DNA of 64,000 nucleotides, taken from Lama glama. Its lineage: Eukaryota. Positions 53,401 to 64,000 of this stretch are shown here, in pieces. The position numbers were made by a program, and so were the translations under genes. The stretch spans positions 14,696,001 through 14,760,000 of the forward strand of contig CM052817.1 in the NCBI GenBank assembly GCA_028534125.1. The letters are read 5' to 3'. The first letter of the stretch is position 1. Each line of letters starts with the position of its first letter. The notes under the pieces are model-generated. The model was not told the origin of the DNA. It was given only the letters and a program-made list of their open reading frames with translations, and ran no database searches.

Positions 53401-56400
53401 GGTAAACACATCACTTAGATCTGGCAGTTTGATGCCTTTCAGCACCCACCCTAAGACAACAGAGTACCAGCTTGTGTTGGCTCGATTCAATCACAGGTTA
53501 TCTTAGTTATGAAAAAAATCCATAGCAGAGTAACTTTTTGGACATAATAAAACTCAATTTAATTATTTGTCCAATTAAGCTATACACATTTTAGGATACC
53601 TAAGCATAATTTTATGCAGTGGTAGTTAACTTAAAATGAAGCCCTTAAGTCTCAAGACGTCTTGATACAGCAATAAACAGTGAAAGCTACAGCCTGCAGT
53701 CCAAGTTTCCAAAGAAGTAGAGATGTCTAGTACTGCATCGTAGGTGATACTCCATTTATACCTCAATTGTTCAATTCCAGATAATTTTCCTCTGTTTCTC
53801 CAATTTATACCTAATAAGTTGCCATCATTTGTTTCCAAAGATAATTAAAACTTTATCTCCTATATCAGCCAGTGAAAGTGACCACAATCTCCTTCAAACT
53901 AAGTTTTTAGGTTAGTAACTAAATTACTCAGGTGATTTTTTGTTTTCTTTTTAAGGACCTCTTTCTTAGCTTCTGAGATCATAAGAATGTTACATTTCCT
54001 AGTCCTGTAACAGTATACCCTAGCTTTGCAATGATTCTGCAACAGTTTCATCTCTATTTTCTCACTTGTGCACACAAACTTTGCAAGTTCAACAGGGCAA
54101 GTATCATCCTCCAGTTTAATGATAAAGAGCCCGTGATTAATAACTCATGAACCATGTCCACTTCCAGTCCTCAACAAGATGCTCCCCCCTCAGAATATAC
54201 CAAAGCGGCAGACCACTCCTCCCACATGGTGGCAAACACGGTGAAACGCACACCTCTGGGCACCACACTGCTCCTCCCAAGCCGAGACGTGTGCAGAAGT
54301 CCCTCACACAAAACAGAGCAGCATGGGAATAAAAACGAATTACATGGTGGCAAAATCTTTTTCAGTGTCCACATTCCAAACGTCATTCCAATTACTCCAG
54401 TGACCTGAAACATCCACCTTCCCTGAATGACTCCTAATCATGTGGGCAGCTAACCTGTGATTATAAATCAACAAGGGACAGCAGCATTACCACACAGCCG
54501 GGATTCAGACAGCCTCTCCCAGGGCTAGAAAAATTCACCATGGGAAGCAGGCTGTGGCCCAAAGACACAATCAAGCAGGAAGACAGTTCATTAGAAATTG
54601 TGGTCTGAAGTTCAGGTATCATCAGCTGCTCTGCTGACCTGAATCCCATACGTATATACACACAGCTGATTTGCTTTCTTTCAACAGCTACATCTTATCA
54701 AGTAAAGTACCTAATGTACAGGGCTGCAGTTTTAAAACTTATCACCAAAATGTAAGATATTAATAGATATTATACAAAAAAAAAATCCCTTGGTTTAATG
54801 GTTTAGGAAAACAAGGCATATTATTTACCTTTTAGCACATTAATGTATCCGAGATGTCTCACATAAAGAAATATATTAGACTTTGTTTAATCCAGTCTTT
54901 CCCCCAGTTACATACTGAGTACTTTTGGAATAACCATGACCGGGCAACACTGTGCTGGAAAGTGAATGTGATAGAGCAGAAAACTTCTGGATTAGACACC
55001 CAAGGTGCTCGGGTTCTGTTTTCAGCCCTCCACTAACCCAATGAATAACCTTAGATTAAATCGCTTCATTCTCTCTTTGGGCTTCAGTTTAAGACCTGAT
55101 CTAGGTTTCTTCTGACTTCTAAAGTTCATTTTTATGCAGCTGATTTTATCACAAGGGAAACTGTCTACATAAAGCTCTCACAAAGCTTGAAAATTAAAAG
55201 TTTAATAAGAACACAGTAATCTGCACTGAAAAGCTTATTCAAAACATTATTTGCTGCCTCATTCATTCTGAAAACTGTGGTTGTCAATGTTTTCCCCTAA
55301 AGGGTATCACGTGGATAAGCATAGCAGAATTTAATGTGGCCCCTTGTCGAAGTCACTAAATGTTGGTAACTTATATATGTTAATCATTTGGAAATTTTTT
55401 TTAAAAATTCCTAAAATAGTTATTTCCCTAGGACATTCCAAAAGCAATTAGGTAATTGAACATAAGATCTGGGTGGCTAAACTCTCATTAAGAAGGATGA
55501 GCATATGGTAGTGTGCAGAAGAGAAGTCCCAAGCAGTCTGAGGGAAGGGGCGAGCGAACCCTGGGGTATTGGGAGAATTTAACTAAAAATGTGCATGAAT
55601 GCGATTTGGAAAAAAAAAAATGGATGCAGTAAGTTACATTCTCGTGGGCTGGCTCTGCCTTATCACAATCTCCGAGAACTGAGAGTTCACCCCCACTCCT
55701 CCCAAGAACAAATCACTCTACTAGACGGAGCAGAGGTCTCCTTCTCATGACAACTTAGGAAATAAAAAGATACACTAAGTTCAAACACAGCAAACACAAA
55801 CTGCTTTTAACATAGAGTCAACCCTCATGTGACCATCGACTGACCCCCCCCCAACCCCGCGCCACAAATCTGAACCAGAAAATACCTCTTTTGATTTTTC
55901 CTCTTTGGTAAATCTTCCAAATTTTTCTATCATTTCAGCCACAAAGATAACATCCATCTTGTCAGAAAAGTTGGCTGCTTCCACAGTGTAAGCCAGTAGT
56001 TGTCGGGCCGTGGCCACAGCATTGGTGAGGTTGAGGGGCATCTACGTACAAAAGAGGCAGAAAGAAGCACTCGGCAAAGTGATCGGCAAAACTGGGACAT
56101 CTTACTTCCATTTCAAAACATGGCAAGAAATGGAAACTCCATCATTTACTCACCATGACCTTCTCAAAATGCTTTTCCAGAACTGAGAAAATGGGAACTT
56201 TACCGGAAACTAACCTGAAGGAATTTTTGTTTAACTTGGAATGAAATATAACAATACATAAAAACACATAGGGTAAACACACTGCACTGGCTCTTCCTCT
56301 CTACCTATCCAAATTCTAGACATACTCAATTCCAATTCCTTAGTACCGCCTTCCCTGAATATTCCAGCTGGGAGGAATCAATATCGCCCCTGGAGCTTCT

Positions 56401-59400
56401 GCCACACGAACCACTTTTTTACCACTTATCTGTACTGCCATGCAGTGCCAGTAATGTTTTACATTTGTTTCTATGTTGACTTAAACACGACTCAGCACCA
56501 ACCATTACAAAAAGGGCGTGTCAGGTGCAAAGAAGCATTCAAAGATGGGTAACACAGAAACCACCTGCCAGCTGCTTATAATCTAGGGTTTAAAGAAGAC
56601 ACACAGAAGCAGAGATAAGAAAAGGCACGTGAACAGTACAACAAGGGATCACTGGTGACAGAGCCCTTATAAAACAAAACCCAAGAGGAGGCTTCCCCAG
56701 TGCACTTGAAGGATGGCTGGGATTTTGTCTGGGACACAGATGATGAAACTATTCAAAGACAGAAAGTCCGGCAGTGACTAGAAAGAAAGAGTCATGCCAC
56801 AGAGGGCCTGGAATATTGGTTAAAAAGAGCGGGTCTGGTCCCAAAGGCACGGTCAACTGAAGTATAAACACCAAATCCTCATGCTTAACTAGTATTAAAA
56901 AAATCTTATCTGATGTGAATACCATGTCTTATTGGCAACCTCAGCAGATCCGAAGACGTTCGAGTTACCTGATTAAACATGTAAAGAACTCTAGTGACGT
57001 CGTTGGCGTACTGGCAGCGAGAATAGTCGTCATCTGCCCAAAAGCCCCCTCTGTCGCAGCGGCGCCAGGCCTTCCTCTCGTCCTGAGCGTTCCCAGGATA
57101 GATCCCACTGCCGTGGCTGTTCCGCGCACACTGCACATACGCGGTGATGCCTGCCAGCGTCCGGGGCCACCTACAGGGACGACGACAAGAGAGCATAAGG
57201 AAACCCACACGGACACAGTAACAGCAGAGGAGAAGCAAGGGTCAGGACACGTCACTCACGTATAATCAGAGAAAAACCAAGGAGAAGAAACAAACTCCTT
57301 TAACAATAAAGGCCAAAAGTATTTTTCAAAAAGTTAAAATGGACTAAGCCATTTTAAGCTATCAGCCGAGTATATTTTAATACCATAATGGAATATTTTC
57401 ATAATCTATTCTAAATATGAATTGACAGGGAAATTGTATCTTTATCCAGTGGGGGAAAAAAAAAACAGTGCAACAAATGGTTTTGTGTCTCTTTCTACCT
57501 CCTGTTACTATATTACTGGCTTATGTAACCATTAGGCATATAAGGTCAGAACCTTGTCCAATATAAGGAGAATTTGCCTTTTCCAGAAGCAGAGTTACTA
57601 TACGTGCAGAAAAGAGTTAACCACAGCAGGTCCCAGGCGGCTATCCTTACAGAGGCCTGCTTGCAATGCTGGCCCCTCAGTGGCATCTAGGAATCTGGGA
57701 CTTGGGGTGTGCCCAGTTAACTGGTACGGGCGAGTCACTGTATCGAGACTGTTTAGACAAGCAATATGGTTCATGCTGAATACCTGCTTTACCCCTGGGG
57801 GTCTGAAATGCTGATACGAGGTAGGCAGAGGATGTCTGTATGAACAGCTCCCAGTAAGAACTTTGGGTGCTGAGTCTCCAAAGGGCTTCCCTAGGCAGAA
57901 ATGCTCCATCGAGGTTGCTGCCTTTTCAAGGCTGAAGGAGGAGCAGGCTCTGTGTGATCCTCTTGGGAGGGAGACACAATCAAGAACCTTGAACTTGGAT
58001 CTCTCCAGAACCCACCTGTGTCTTTTCCCCTTATGATCCAGCTATGTATATTACTATATTGCTGTAACTACAAATATATGCTAAGTCCCATGAGCCCTTT
58101 TAGGAGCCTCTGCACTTGGGGTGGTCCTGCACACATCCAATACCACATACAACTGAATTTACCTGGGAGAAGCCCAGATAAATGGTACAGTCACTGTGCA
58201 AGTGACAATGCCAACCTGCTGGATGAAGCAGCACTAACTGGATTGGGAGAAATCTTTGTAATTTTAGTTCCATTTCTCCAAAACTAGGAATGAAAATGAA
58301 CATATTTAATAAAAGTTATAGCTGACTCATAACATTTGAACTGCTAGATTATAGTGTCAGCCACATGAAAATAGAATGCATTATCAAAAACTATATAAAT
58401 AGATCAAGCAACACAAAACTAAACCTTATTAATGCAGTGGAAGTTTAACTGTAAAATATCTTAAGCAGAGTCAAAAGATAAATAATTCATTCATCAGTTA
58501 AATAAATCAGATTCTCCTTCTATTTTTAAAAACAGAAAATACCCCAAAACTACAAGTAAAAACAGTAAGTTCACCATAAGCAAAAAACACACTATGATTA
58601 TTTAATAAAGGTGTTAACATAATAAAATGAACAATTATTCATTTCACTTTGAAGTATACAATAAAATATTATAGATTAACAGTTAATCCACATAAAAGAC
58701 TTATCCACTGGCAATAATAAATTGATTTCCATAGACTCATATCAAGGAGAATTTTTAAAAGAAGAAGGAGAGGACAAAAGACAAAAAAAAAATCAATGAT
58801 GAACTAGCTGAGCTAAAGTTGTTATTGCTTCTCCACCTTGGACTTGAAAGATGAACACCAAAGGTTTTTTTTTTCTTATCCTGCACTATTGGGCTTAGAG
58901 CTACTAGGCAGTAATACCACCAGTCAGACAGTGTAAACTGGGTATCCCGTAATCTTTCCACTGCTTTAAAGAGCTACCAATTTCCCTTCATTTATATCAA
59001 CTATTAACTCATTACTAAAACTCTGAACATAAAGAACTTTAGGTAAATAATATATTTAAAGATAGTGTTTAACAGCACCTTTGAAGTTTAAGGGGAATCT
59101 ATGCTAAAAGGCGTTACTTCTCACAAACTCTAAACTCTCTACTAAAAAAAAAAAAAAATTCACAGTATTTAACTCATTCTGCTGATCTTAACAGTGTCCA
59201 GCACCAATGGCTCCCCAACTTTCAGGCCACCCAACAGCTCTCATTTCCCAAAGTCCCCTTATTTAACTACCAGAAGAACCAGATGGGGGAGGAAAACTGG
59301 ACATGTTTCTGCCAAGTGTGATGTCTACTCAACTGTCCAAGGTGAAAAGTGAACTGGCACTACAAATCCTTCCAAAGGTCACCCAAAAAAGCCCTTGAAA

Positions 59401-59950
59401 AAACAGGAAATGCCATTAGCCTGTCTGAATTTCACACTGTTTTAGTAGAATTTCCAAAGTGTTTCCCCAAAGTAGTGGTTCTTAACTTTTACAACAAAAT
59501 CACTTGATAAAAGTCTGCACTTCTGGGTTCATTTTCAGAGACTCATGAATCAACAGATCTGAGATCAAGTTAAGGCACCTGTATTTATTTTTAATCTCCA
59601 AAACGATCCTGAAATCACTGTTCTAAAGGGTAGTCTTTAGATATATAAGGGTACCTATGTGAATAAACATACATTTCTTAGATTCTCTTACTGAGGACAG
59701 GAGACCAACTATATATGTCCATGCCTTTGAGAATAAAAAGACATGGGGCCAATCAGCCCCTTTCAGCACACACCATGTCACTGACCTGAAATCCCCTTTA
59801 TTATTTACCACCCTCTCAGGAGGACAGTACTGTGCAGAGCTTTCTAAGACCACAATATCGACCGTCCTGGTATTGTTCCCGCGTTTGGTCTGGACGTGAC
59901 AGCCCCAATTTCCAGTCGATCCAGCCTGAATATTAGAAATGGTCAAGGCA
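13208..59950 (-). CDS. ADGRA3: Adhesion G protein-coupled receptor A3 (GPR125), 5'-partial spliced CDS; exons 59786-59950, 56969-57170, 55886-56041, 47544-47705, 44981-45184, 36992-37205, 36575-36783, 27291-27415, 25885-26008, 18011-18156, 14593-14688, 13208-14450
   Basis: Twelve exons joined by hand with GT-AG ends and matching phases (3046 nt). The translation runs from [17 protein letters not shown] through the GPS ([11 protein letters not shown]) and 7TM to GLWKHETTV*, which I recognise as ADGRA3. The upstream exons lie beyond the window. Confidence 0.98.
14593..14688 (-). CDS. ADGRA3: ADGRA3 exon ~18 (TM4, ECL2); absent from the ORF track
   Basis: ctcctag|G TTT TAC CTG...GCA CCC TA|gtgagt; 96 nt; [32 protein letters not shown]. 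Confidence 0.96.
14947..14961 (-). promoter_or_regulatory. Candidate CTCF site
   Basis: Minus strand tCCACAAGGTGGCAG is a near-consensus CTCF core. Confidence 0.4.
15660..17620. mobile_element. Highly degraded L2 LINE fragments, interrupted by a younger L1 3' end
   Basis: C/T-rich sequence with L2-like phrases (tcatggcttcaaggaacaca; gtgccaggtacacacccagcgttcaa); weak similarity only. Confidence 0.4.
16964..17150 (-). mobile_element. 5'-truncated cetartiodactyl-type L1 3' end
   Basis: ttttttaattgatgtatagtcaacttacaatgttgtgtcaatttctggtgtacag...tgaatatagttccctgcactatacagtaggacc. Confidence 0.85.
18011..18156 (-). CDS. ADGRA3: ADGRA3 exon ~17 (TM3, ICL2); absent from the ORF track
   Basis: ctttctag|GTT GGA ATA...ATG CTC AG|gtatct; 146 nt; [49 protein letters not shown]. 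Confidence 0.96.
19890..19909 (+). promoter_or_regulatory. Candidate nuclear-receptor element (tandem DR1 / composite DR8)
   Basis: AGGTCA-a-AAGTCA-g-AGGTCA. Confidence 0.35.
23030..24695 (-). mobile_element. Old LINE-1 (L1M) ORF2 and 3' remnants
   Basis: gatgggcatctgggttgcttccaggttt...gctgctatgaatatt; the minus-strand ORF remnant [21 protein letters not shown] is L1 ORF2-like. Confidence 0.8.
24750..25222 (+). mobile_element. LINE-1 3' end (L1MA-type)
   Basis: cccatgttcactgcagtgttacaatagccaa...aagaaaatgtggtgtacacacacaatagagtatttattcagcc...gcatgattccacttatacgaggta. Confidence 0.85.
25885..26008 (-). CDS. ADGRA3: ADGRA3 exon ~16 (TM2)
   Basis: cttttaacag|C TTG ATT AGA...CAA GCA|gtaagt; 124 nt; [41 protein letters not shown]. 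Confidence 0.96.
26945..27115 (-). mobile_element. tRNA-derived SINE, same family as 9932-10092
   Basis: T-rich tail, then ggtaattagg...ggactgaacccaggacctcgtgcatgctaag...ctctaccactgagctataccctcc (reverse complement of the first copy). Confidence 0.85.
27291..27415 (-). CDS. ADGRA3: ADGRA3 exon ~15 (TM1); absent from the ORF track
   Basis: ccccccag|GAT TTG ACG...CAT CAC AG|gtgaga; 125 nt; [42 protein letters not shown]. Confidence 0.95.
27626..27648. repeat. (AC)n microsatellite, about 11 units
   Basis: acacacacacacacacacacaca. Confidence 0.9.
29985..30192 (+). mobile_element. 5'-truncated cetartiodactyl-type L1 3' end with A-rich tail
   Basis: ctgtatagcacagggaactct...tgtgctgtacaccagagactgacacattgtaactga...aaaataaaataaaa. 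Confidence 0.8.
30385..30672 (+). mobile_element. LINE-1 3' end (L1MA9-like)
   Basis: ggtgaaggggtcaaaaggtacaggcttccagttataaaataaataaagtcctgg...gatcttaaaagttttcatcacaag...aaatatcgaatcatcac. Confidence 0.8.
31397..31437. repeat. (AAAAC/AAAGC)n pentanucleotide repeat
   Basis: aaaacaaaacaaaacaaagcaaagcaaaacaaaacaaaaa. Confidence 0.85.
31666..31845 (-). mobile_element. 5'-truncated cetartiodactyl-type L1 3' end with target-site duplication
   Basis: aattgaagtatagttgatttacaatgttgtgctagtttctggtgtatagc...gttccctgtgctatacagtaggacc, flanked by GCAAAGATTT at 31656-31665 and 31846-31855. Confidence 0.88.
31950..32311 (+). mobile_element. MLT1A-type solo LTR nested in L1M
   Basis: agactgaatgtttgtaccccc...ggattagtgtccttttataaaaga...atggacttccagcctccagaactgtgagaaat...tgtggcattctgttacagcagc. 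Confidence 0.88.
34793..34810 (+). promoter_or_regulatory. Candidate CTCF site
   Basis: ctgCCTCTAGGTGGCAC fits the CTCF core consensus CC(A/T/G)C(C/T)AG(G/A)(G/T)GGC(A/G). Confidence 0.5.
36575..36783 (-). CDS. ADGRA3: ADGRA3 exon ~14 (GPS motif and start of the Stachel sequence)
   Basis: tctccag|AT GGT GTG...TTG ATG|gtatgg; 209 nt; ...[44 protein letters not shown]. Confidence 0.97.
36992..37205 (-). CDS. ADGRA3: ADGRA3 exon ~13 (GAIN subdomain B)
   Basis: cattttcag|AAC ACG ATT...AAA ATA G|gtctgt; 214 nt; [15 protein letters not shown]...[12 protein letters not shown]...[13 protein letters not shown]. Confidence 0.95.
40084..40387 (+). mobile_element. Internally deleted Tigger1 derivative (TcMar DNA transposon)
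   Basis: ttactgcgcttcacagata...aaactgaaggtttgtggcaact...tgcactgggaaaccaaaaa...atctccgaggtcggcctg (Tigger1-like termini). Confidence 0.8.
41170..41440 (-). mobile_element. MIR SINE, representative copy (other MIR/L2 relics near 10820-10960, 18700-18930, 20910-21110, 22250-22750, 28060-28200, 33400-33600, 39880-40070, 48900-49070, 51670-51790, 54960-55090, 60020-60200)
   Basis: tattaagtgcttcctctgtaccagacactgttgtaaatg...gagaggttaaggaactagcccaagtttgcacagct. Confidence 0.65.
44579..44931 (+). mobile_element. MER2-like Tigger MITE
   Basis: ta|cagtcatcccc...gattccaggaccccc..ggataccaaaatctgtggatgttcaagtc...gttggttgaatcaacagatgtggaacctgcaaatacagagggccgaggctg. Confidence 0.85.
44981..45184 (-). CDS. 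ADGRA3: ADGRA3 exon ~12 (GAIN)
   Basis: cttttgaag|TAT TCA CCC...TTG AAG|gtatgt; 204 nt; [22 protein letters not shown]...[14 protein letters not shown]. Confidence 0.96.
47544..47705 (-). CDS. ADGRA3: ADGRA3 exon ~11 (GAIN subdomain A)
   Basis: cctgccag|CTT GGT GAC...TCA ACA|gtaagt; 162 nt; [54 protein letters not shown]. Confidence 0.96.
49889..50408 (+). mobile_element. ERV1-class solo LTR (MER41-like)
   Basis: tgatagaaaagaacaaatctgactcc...TATA-like cataaaaggagc...aataaagtcgctattccttgccccaacacc...gagttcggactaggtagca; near-TSD ctta/gtta. Confidence 0.7.
52200..52720 (+). mobile_element. Old L1M fragments (3' end)
   Basis: caactgttatttactggtgacataattgtctgtctggaaaatccca; ttacagatgaaatatgacatctaaaatttgct; gctgaaggctggtgaaagatgg. 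Confidence 0.55.
52802..52980. mobile_element. MER5A (hAT-Charlie MITE)
   Basis: gtggttctcaaag...atcacctggaacttggcagaaatgcaaattctcagacccc...agacctacagaatccgaaac...aagtttgagaaaatcatg. Confidence 0.8.
55886..56041 (-). CDS. ADGRA3: ADGRA3 exon ~10 (GAIN subdomain A)
   Basis: tgtacgtag|ATG CCC...AAA GAG|gtattt; 156 nt; [52 protein letters not shown]. Confidence 0.96.
56969..57170 (-). CDS. ADGRA3: ADGRA3 exon ~9 (hormone receptor domain)
   Basis: ccctgtag|G TGG CCC CGG...AAT CAG|gtaact; 202 nt; [14 protein letters not shown]...[33 protein letters not shown]. Confidence 0.96.
57555..58130 (+). mobile_element. LTR element (MER21-like)
   Basis: gtaggcagaggatgtctgtatgaacagctcccagtaagaactttgggtgctgagtct...cttccctaggcagaaa...tgtgtcttttccccttatgatccagct. 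Confidence 0.65.
59472..59622. mobile_element. MER5-type hAT MITE remnant
   Basis: tagtggttcttaac...cagagactcatgaatcaacagatctgag...aaatcactg. Confidence 0.5.
59786..59950 (-). CDS. ADGRA3: ADGRA3 exon ~8 (end of Ig-like domain, start of HormR)
   Basis: ttcatgcag|T GCC TTG ACC...GAT TTC AG|gtcagt; 165 nt; [54 protein letters not shown]. Confidence 0.96.
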
Positions 59951-61019
59951 CTGCATGAAGAAAGAGTTCAAAGAGAGAGAAAAGATGGTTACGCATGAGG
60001 GGAGACAACATGGGCTTCGACCATTCATTTAGCAAACGTGTCTGAGCGTGTGCTGTGGGCCAAGCGCTTGCTAGATAAAAATGAATAAAAACATGACCCT
60101 CCATTTAAGTACTTCAGCGTCAAGTTAAGACAGGCAGGTAAAGAGAGACCTGAAATACCATGGTCAGAGCTGTGACAAGAGTGAACGAGGGGCACTGGGA
60201 CTTCTCCAGAGAACCGGAGAGCAGGACACAGGAGGAAGGGGGACCAAGTGCCAAGGCATAAACATCATGGCACTTCCCTCAGCAAAACAAATGGAGACGT
60301 TTCCAACTTACACCTAGCTTTTCAGATTCTAGTGAAAACATTCAAGCATGAAGGAGATTAACGTTATGAAGTGCATAATTCATATTTAAGATGAAATATT
60401 TTGTGGAAAGGGGGTTATGCTAGTAACAACCTGTTAGGTCCCTCAAAAGATTTAGTAAATTGCCAATTAATGCTTTAACCAAAGTAGTTTTCCACTTCAA
60501 CTTATAGCACAGCTGTATTTCTAAACAGCTGTCAGAAAATTCAACTTTCAAGATGAAACCGTAATTCTCCAATAGGAAACCTAGTAATTAAAGAGCAAAT
60601 GTCAGAACCTTCAATTAACCTTTATTATCCTGACATAATCTACTATACTTTGCTTTTATGAAGATACAAATAAGAAATCATTAGACATAAAGCATGCATC
60701 ATTTTAATTAACTTATAAAATTATGTCTTGAGGTCAATATACATATTTCCAGGTTCCTAAATCATTAATGGCTACACAACAATGTTCTGATAAAGACTCT
60801 GAGGCACTGCGATTCTGAATCAAAGAAAGTGTTCATCACTTTCACGAAGGCAGTCAATAAACTAATACATTGTAATAAATATATTCAAGATAAAATGACA
60901 AGAAGAGTTTGACGTTAGATTTAAATAACCAGAAAGACTGTCAAACATTCTACCTTATATGACTCTACTGAACTAGGAAAAAGTAGATAAAAAAATTTTG
61001 ACAATAAAAAGCATTTTCC

Positions 61020-61555
61020 AATCCAGGTCCCCACACTTTCTTGGTTCACAGGACCTTCCCTGACTAGATAAATTTTTCATGGTGCCCCAGGCCTAAAAAT
61101 ACCTATGGTAGGTCCACTGACTAAATGAAATCCCCAAACTGTGTATACATGTCCTAATGACTTATTAGTCAAAAAATAACACACATCAATGTAAAATTAA
61201 ATACTTCATTCTTAACCATGACTACTTCTTAATGGGTTGTGTGTGCCTGTTGGGCACTCCAAAACTAATCAAGCATTGGGTACAGATCAGACGACAATAT
61301 CCGTATTTCTTGCTTCACACTGATTTTCACAGTGCTCTGTACCACGGTAATTGCCAAAGTCCCATCACCATTAAGTATGGCACCAGCAAAAAGGATGTAG
61401 CATGATCTAACATCAACACTCTAACTGCCCGGAGCTGGGAACTGTATGTTATCTGACCAATGTCAGTATCACACTCAAACACTTAAAGTACCCAACAGCA
61501 CCTCTGTGTACTCCCAGTGGTGCCCTGGGGCACGTTAGCACACCCTTTGGGAAAA
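61020..61555. mobile_element. hAT-Charlie family DNA transposon remnant
   Basis: cacactttcttggttcacagg...tttcatggtgcccc...gtggtgccctggggcacgttagcacaccctttggga. Confidence 0.45.
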
Positions 61556-62802
61556 ATAATCCTAATACATTTGGCAAATTTTTTTTAAAGATAACTTTAA
61601 GCAATACCTTCAATATCTAAAGCCAATTAGCCAAATAAAAATTTTTCAGGAATCTCCAACACAACATATTCGAAGATTTAAGAAGAAAAGACATTGCTCA
61701 GTTTTACCTTTTAGGAAAACTACAAACTTTGGTTCTTACTAATGTAGCATCAGTGACATAAAGAGACCAATGAGGAAACATGAGAAATATGTGGTCAACC
61801 AATTCAATAACAACGTATTTCCTTCTTCCACAACTTCTTTATTTTGGGGGGCTAACTCTGGTTAAAGAACCTCTCAGCTTTCCACATGAAAGATGCTCAC
61901 TTTTGTTAAGTGTCCCTAACAACAACAACAACAAAACATATCAGCCAAAGTTGCTATCCTTAGAATTTTTTGTAATGCTAAAGAAATACAGGCTAAAAAT
62001 GACTTACAGAAATAAATTCATAAAGTAAATTTAGTAACCTTATAGTTACAAAATTTAAGAGCTCTAAACTGAAGCTCATTTATTCAGAAAAGGGCTCTAT
62101 TGTATTTTCAAAGCTTTACTGTTGTGTTCTATGGCATTTATTGTCTCCTTAGGCAATAAATTGCTTGAAGTGTACAATCTGGTAAGTTTTGACACTGTAT
62201 ACACTTGTGAAATTATCACCACAGTAAAAATAATGTAACAATTAGAATCTTCTCACTGGGACTTAAATGTCTTCAGTGCAAAAAGCATATAAAAAATCTC
62301 TCCTAACAACCTTACCCCCTAAGAAAGGAACTCTGCTTCCCGTAACAGCAGAACAACTCCTATCAAACCACCCTCCCTGCAGTTAACAATTAGGAGCTGT
62401 GGACAAACTACAACATGACAACTATCCAAACACACAGAGAGTGATCCAAAGCAAGCAGGAACTAAAGAGGAGCTGACACTAAGAAGTGATTGGCACTGGG
62501 GAGTAACCAGGGAATTTTTTTAATGGCTTTTGCCCAAGGGCAGGAACTATTCAAACAGAAACTCACAGTCTTACTGGTTGAAAAATCAGAGGACAGAGGT
62601 AGAAAGGAACCTGGCTGGAAGCCTAAACTTCTGCATATAAAATTCACCCAGCTCTCTAACTGACCCCTGACCTACATGCAGACAGGGCAAACGCCAAGTA
62701 GACTTCAGCTGCTGCCTACTACAGACAAGCCAGATCTAGTAGCTAACTGCTTGATGAAACAAAAATCACCTCTCCTGAGGAGACTATAACAGAATCCAGA
62801 GT

Positions 62803-62990
62803 TAGGGGTCAGTAAACTTTTTCTCCAGAAGGCAGCTAGTAAATATTTCAGCCTTTGCTGACCAAGAAGCACCACTGAGAACACCATGTAGGTATTTATA
62901 TAACCATTTGAAATCTAACCATTTAAAACTGCAAAGAGAACATTTACAGGCCAGATCTGGCCTGTAAGCTGATCTTTGCCAACTTCTCTA
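62803..62990. mobile_element. MER58-type hAT MITE inside an old L1M 5' fragment (about 62280-63260)
   Basis: aggggtcagtaaactttttct..gaaggcagctagtaaatattt...ggccagatctggcctgtaagctgatctttgccaacttct. Confidence 0.7.
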
Positions 62991-64000
62991 CAGCAAGTCA
63001 TTCACAATATCTAGGATACAGTCCAACATTAGCAGATATAGAAACAATATTTTTCTATATAGGAAAATATAAACCATACTCATAAGAAAATGATCAGGGT
63101 GATTGATCCCACAATCCCCCAGATACTGGAATAAGCAGGCAAGGATTTAAGGAGTACCTATTATAAATGTTCAAAGACATAAATGAAAACATGCTTATAA
63201 TAAACAGATACGAAATCTCGAAAGAGAAAGAGAAATTATAAAACAGAATATTCAACCCCCCCAATTTCCAGGAACAAGTCTTAACTCAGAGGACTTTTCA
63301 TTTCTTGGTAAATGTTTCCGTGCTGCTTTTGTGAGTCTGCTCTACTACCTCCCCAAGGTGCCCCAGCAGAGCTGGGAAACCACAGGTTTATTCTTAAATA
63401 TTCCAGCTGAGGTGTATCTTTGAGAACTTGGTAAGAAGGAAAGAGAGAGACAGCCAGAGAAAGGTATGGAGACATACACAGAGGCAGAGAGAAGGAAAGA
63501 GAGAATTCAATGCCTATAAATTAAAATTTTACCAAAATTAAATATGGTGAATGACAACATCATATATGTGTGTATTAATCCTGTTCTCTGTACTTTAAGT
63601 TCATTTGAATTAACCATTTTGGTGCTCACACCAATCACGAAGTTGACAAACAGGTACTACTATATTCTTTTATACCAGTGGTGTGAATAAAGGAAGTAGC
63701 TTAAATTGTAACATTAATCACAAAACAGTGAAAATCAGGTGATTTTCCAAAAGTGAAATTCTGAGCTTATTAAGCAGCAGGAAGTTGTTAGAAATTAAGT
63801 CTGGCGCTAAACGTTTATGTTTTTTCCTCCTAAATCTTTAAACAAAGTCTCCAGTTGTTAACAGTGTTTCCCTCTTATCCTGTGGTTTTTTCCTTACAAA
63901 ACTGGATATAAAAGAGCTATTTAATTTTAGAAAATAAGTAACACTCAGGAAAAGGAATGTAAGATGTCTGTTTTTTAAATGCAAGAAGATAAAATATTAA

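Noticed and set aside
56915..57265. 116-aa plus-strand ORF and other ORFs overlapping exons (13096-13455, 13719-14147, 56965-57255)
   Set aside because: These are shadow or alternative frames of GC-rich ADGRA3 coding exons with no independent support.
1..64000. CRISPR arrays, prokaryotic or viral genes, rRNA, intact transposon ORFs
   Set aside because: I saw no spaced repeat arrays and no long ORFs other than ADGRA3; all mobile elements are decayed.

Overview
This is mammalian genomic DNA, probably camelid: it carries a Vic-1-type tRNA-derived SINE and cetartiodactyl-type L1 3' ends, and I saw no Alu, Bov-A or PRE1 elements. The window holds the 3' part of the adhesion GPCR gene ADGRA3 (GPR125) on the minus strand. 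I reconstructed 12 coding exons, numbered 8-19 by assuming the 19-exon human structure. All junctions are GT-AG and phase-compatible, giving 3046 coding nt (about 1014 aa) that span the end of the Ig domain, HormR, GAIN/GPS, 7TM and the ETTV PDZ tail, followed by a 3' UTR with poly(A) signals. The remainder is intron and 3' flank filled with L1, MLT1/ERV LTRs, Tigger/hAT DNA transposon relics and MIR/L2; repeat names and boundaries are by-eye estimates. The main unexplained feature is a ~110-bp CpG-rich, potentially structured island in intron 14 with an ATG|gtatgg donor identical to that of the GPS exon. If used as an internal first exon it would give a 578-aa GAIN-less ADGRA3 starting M-DL..., like the paralogue ADGRA1. 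I found no prokaryotic, CRISPR or rRNA content.
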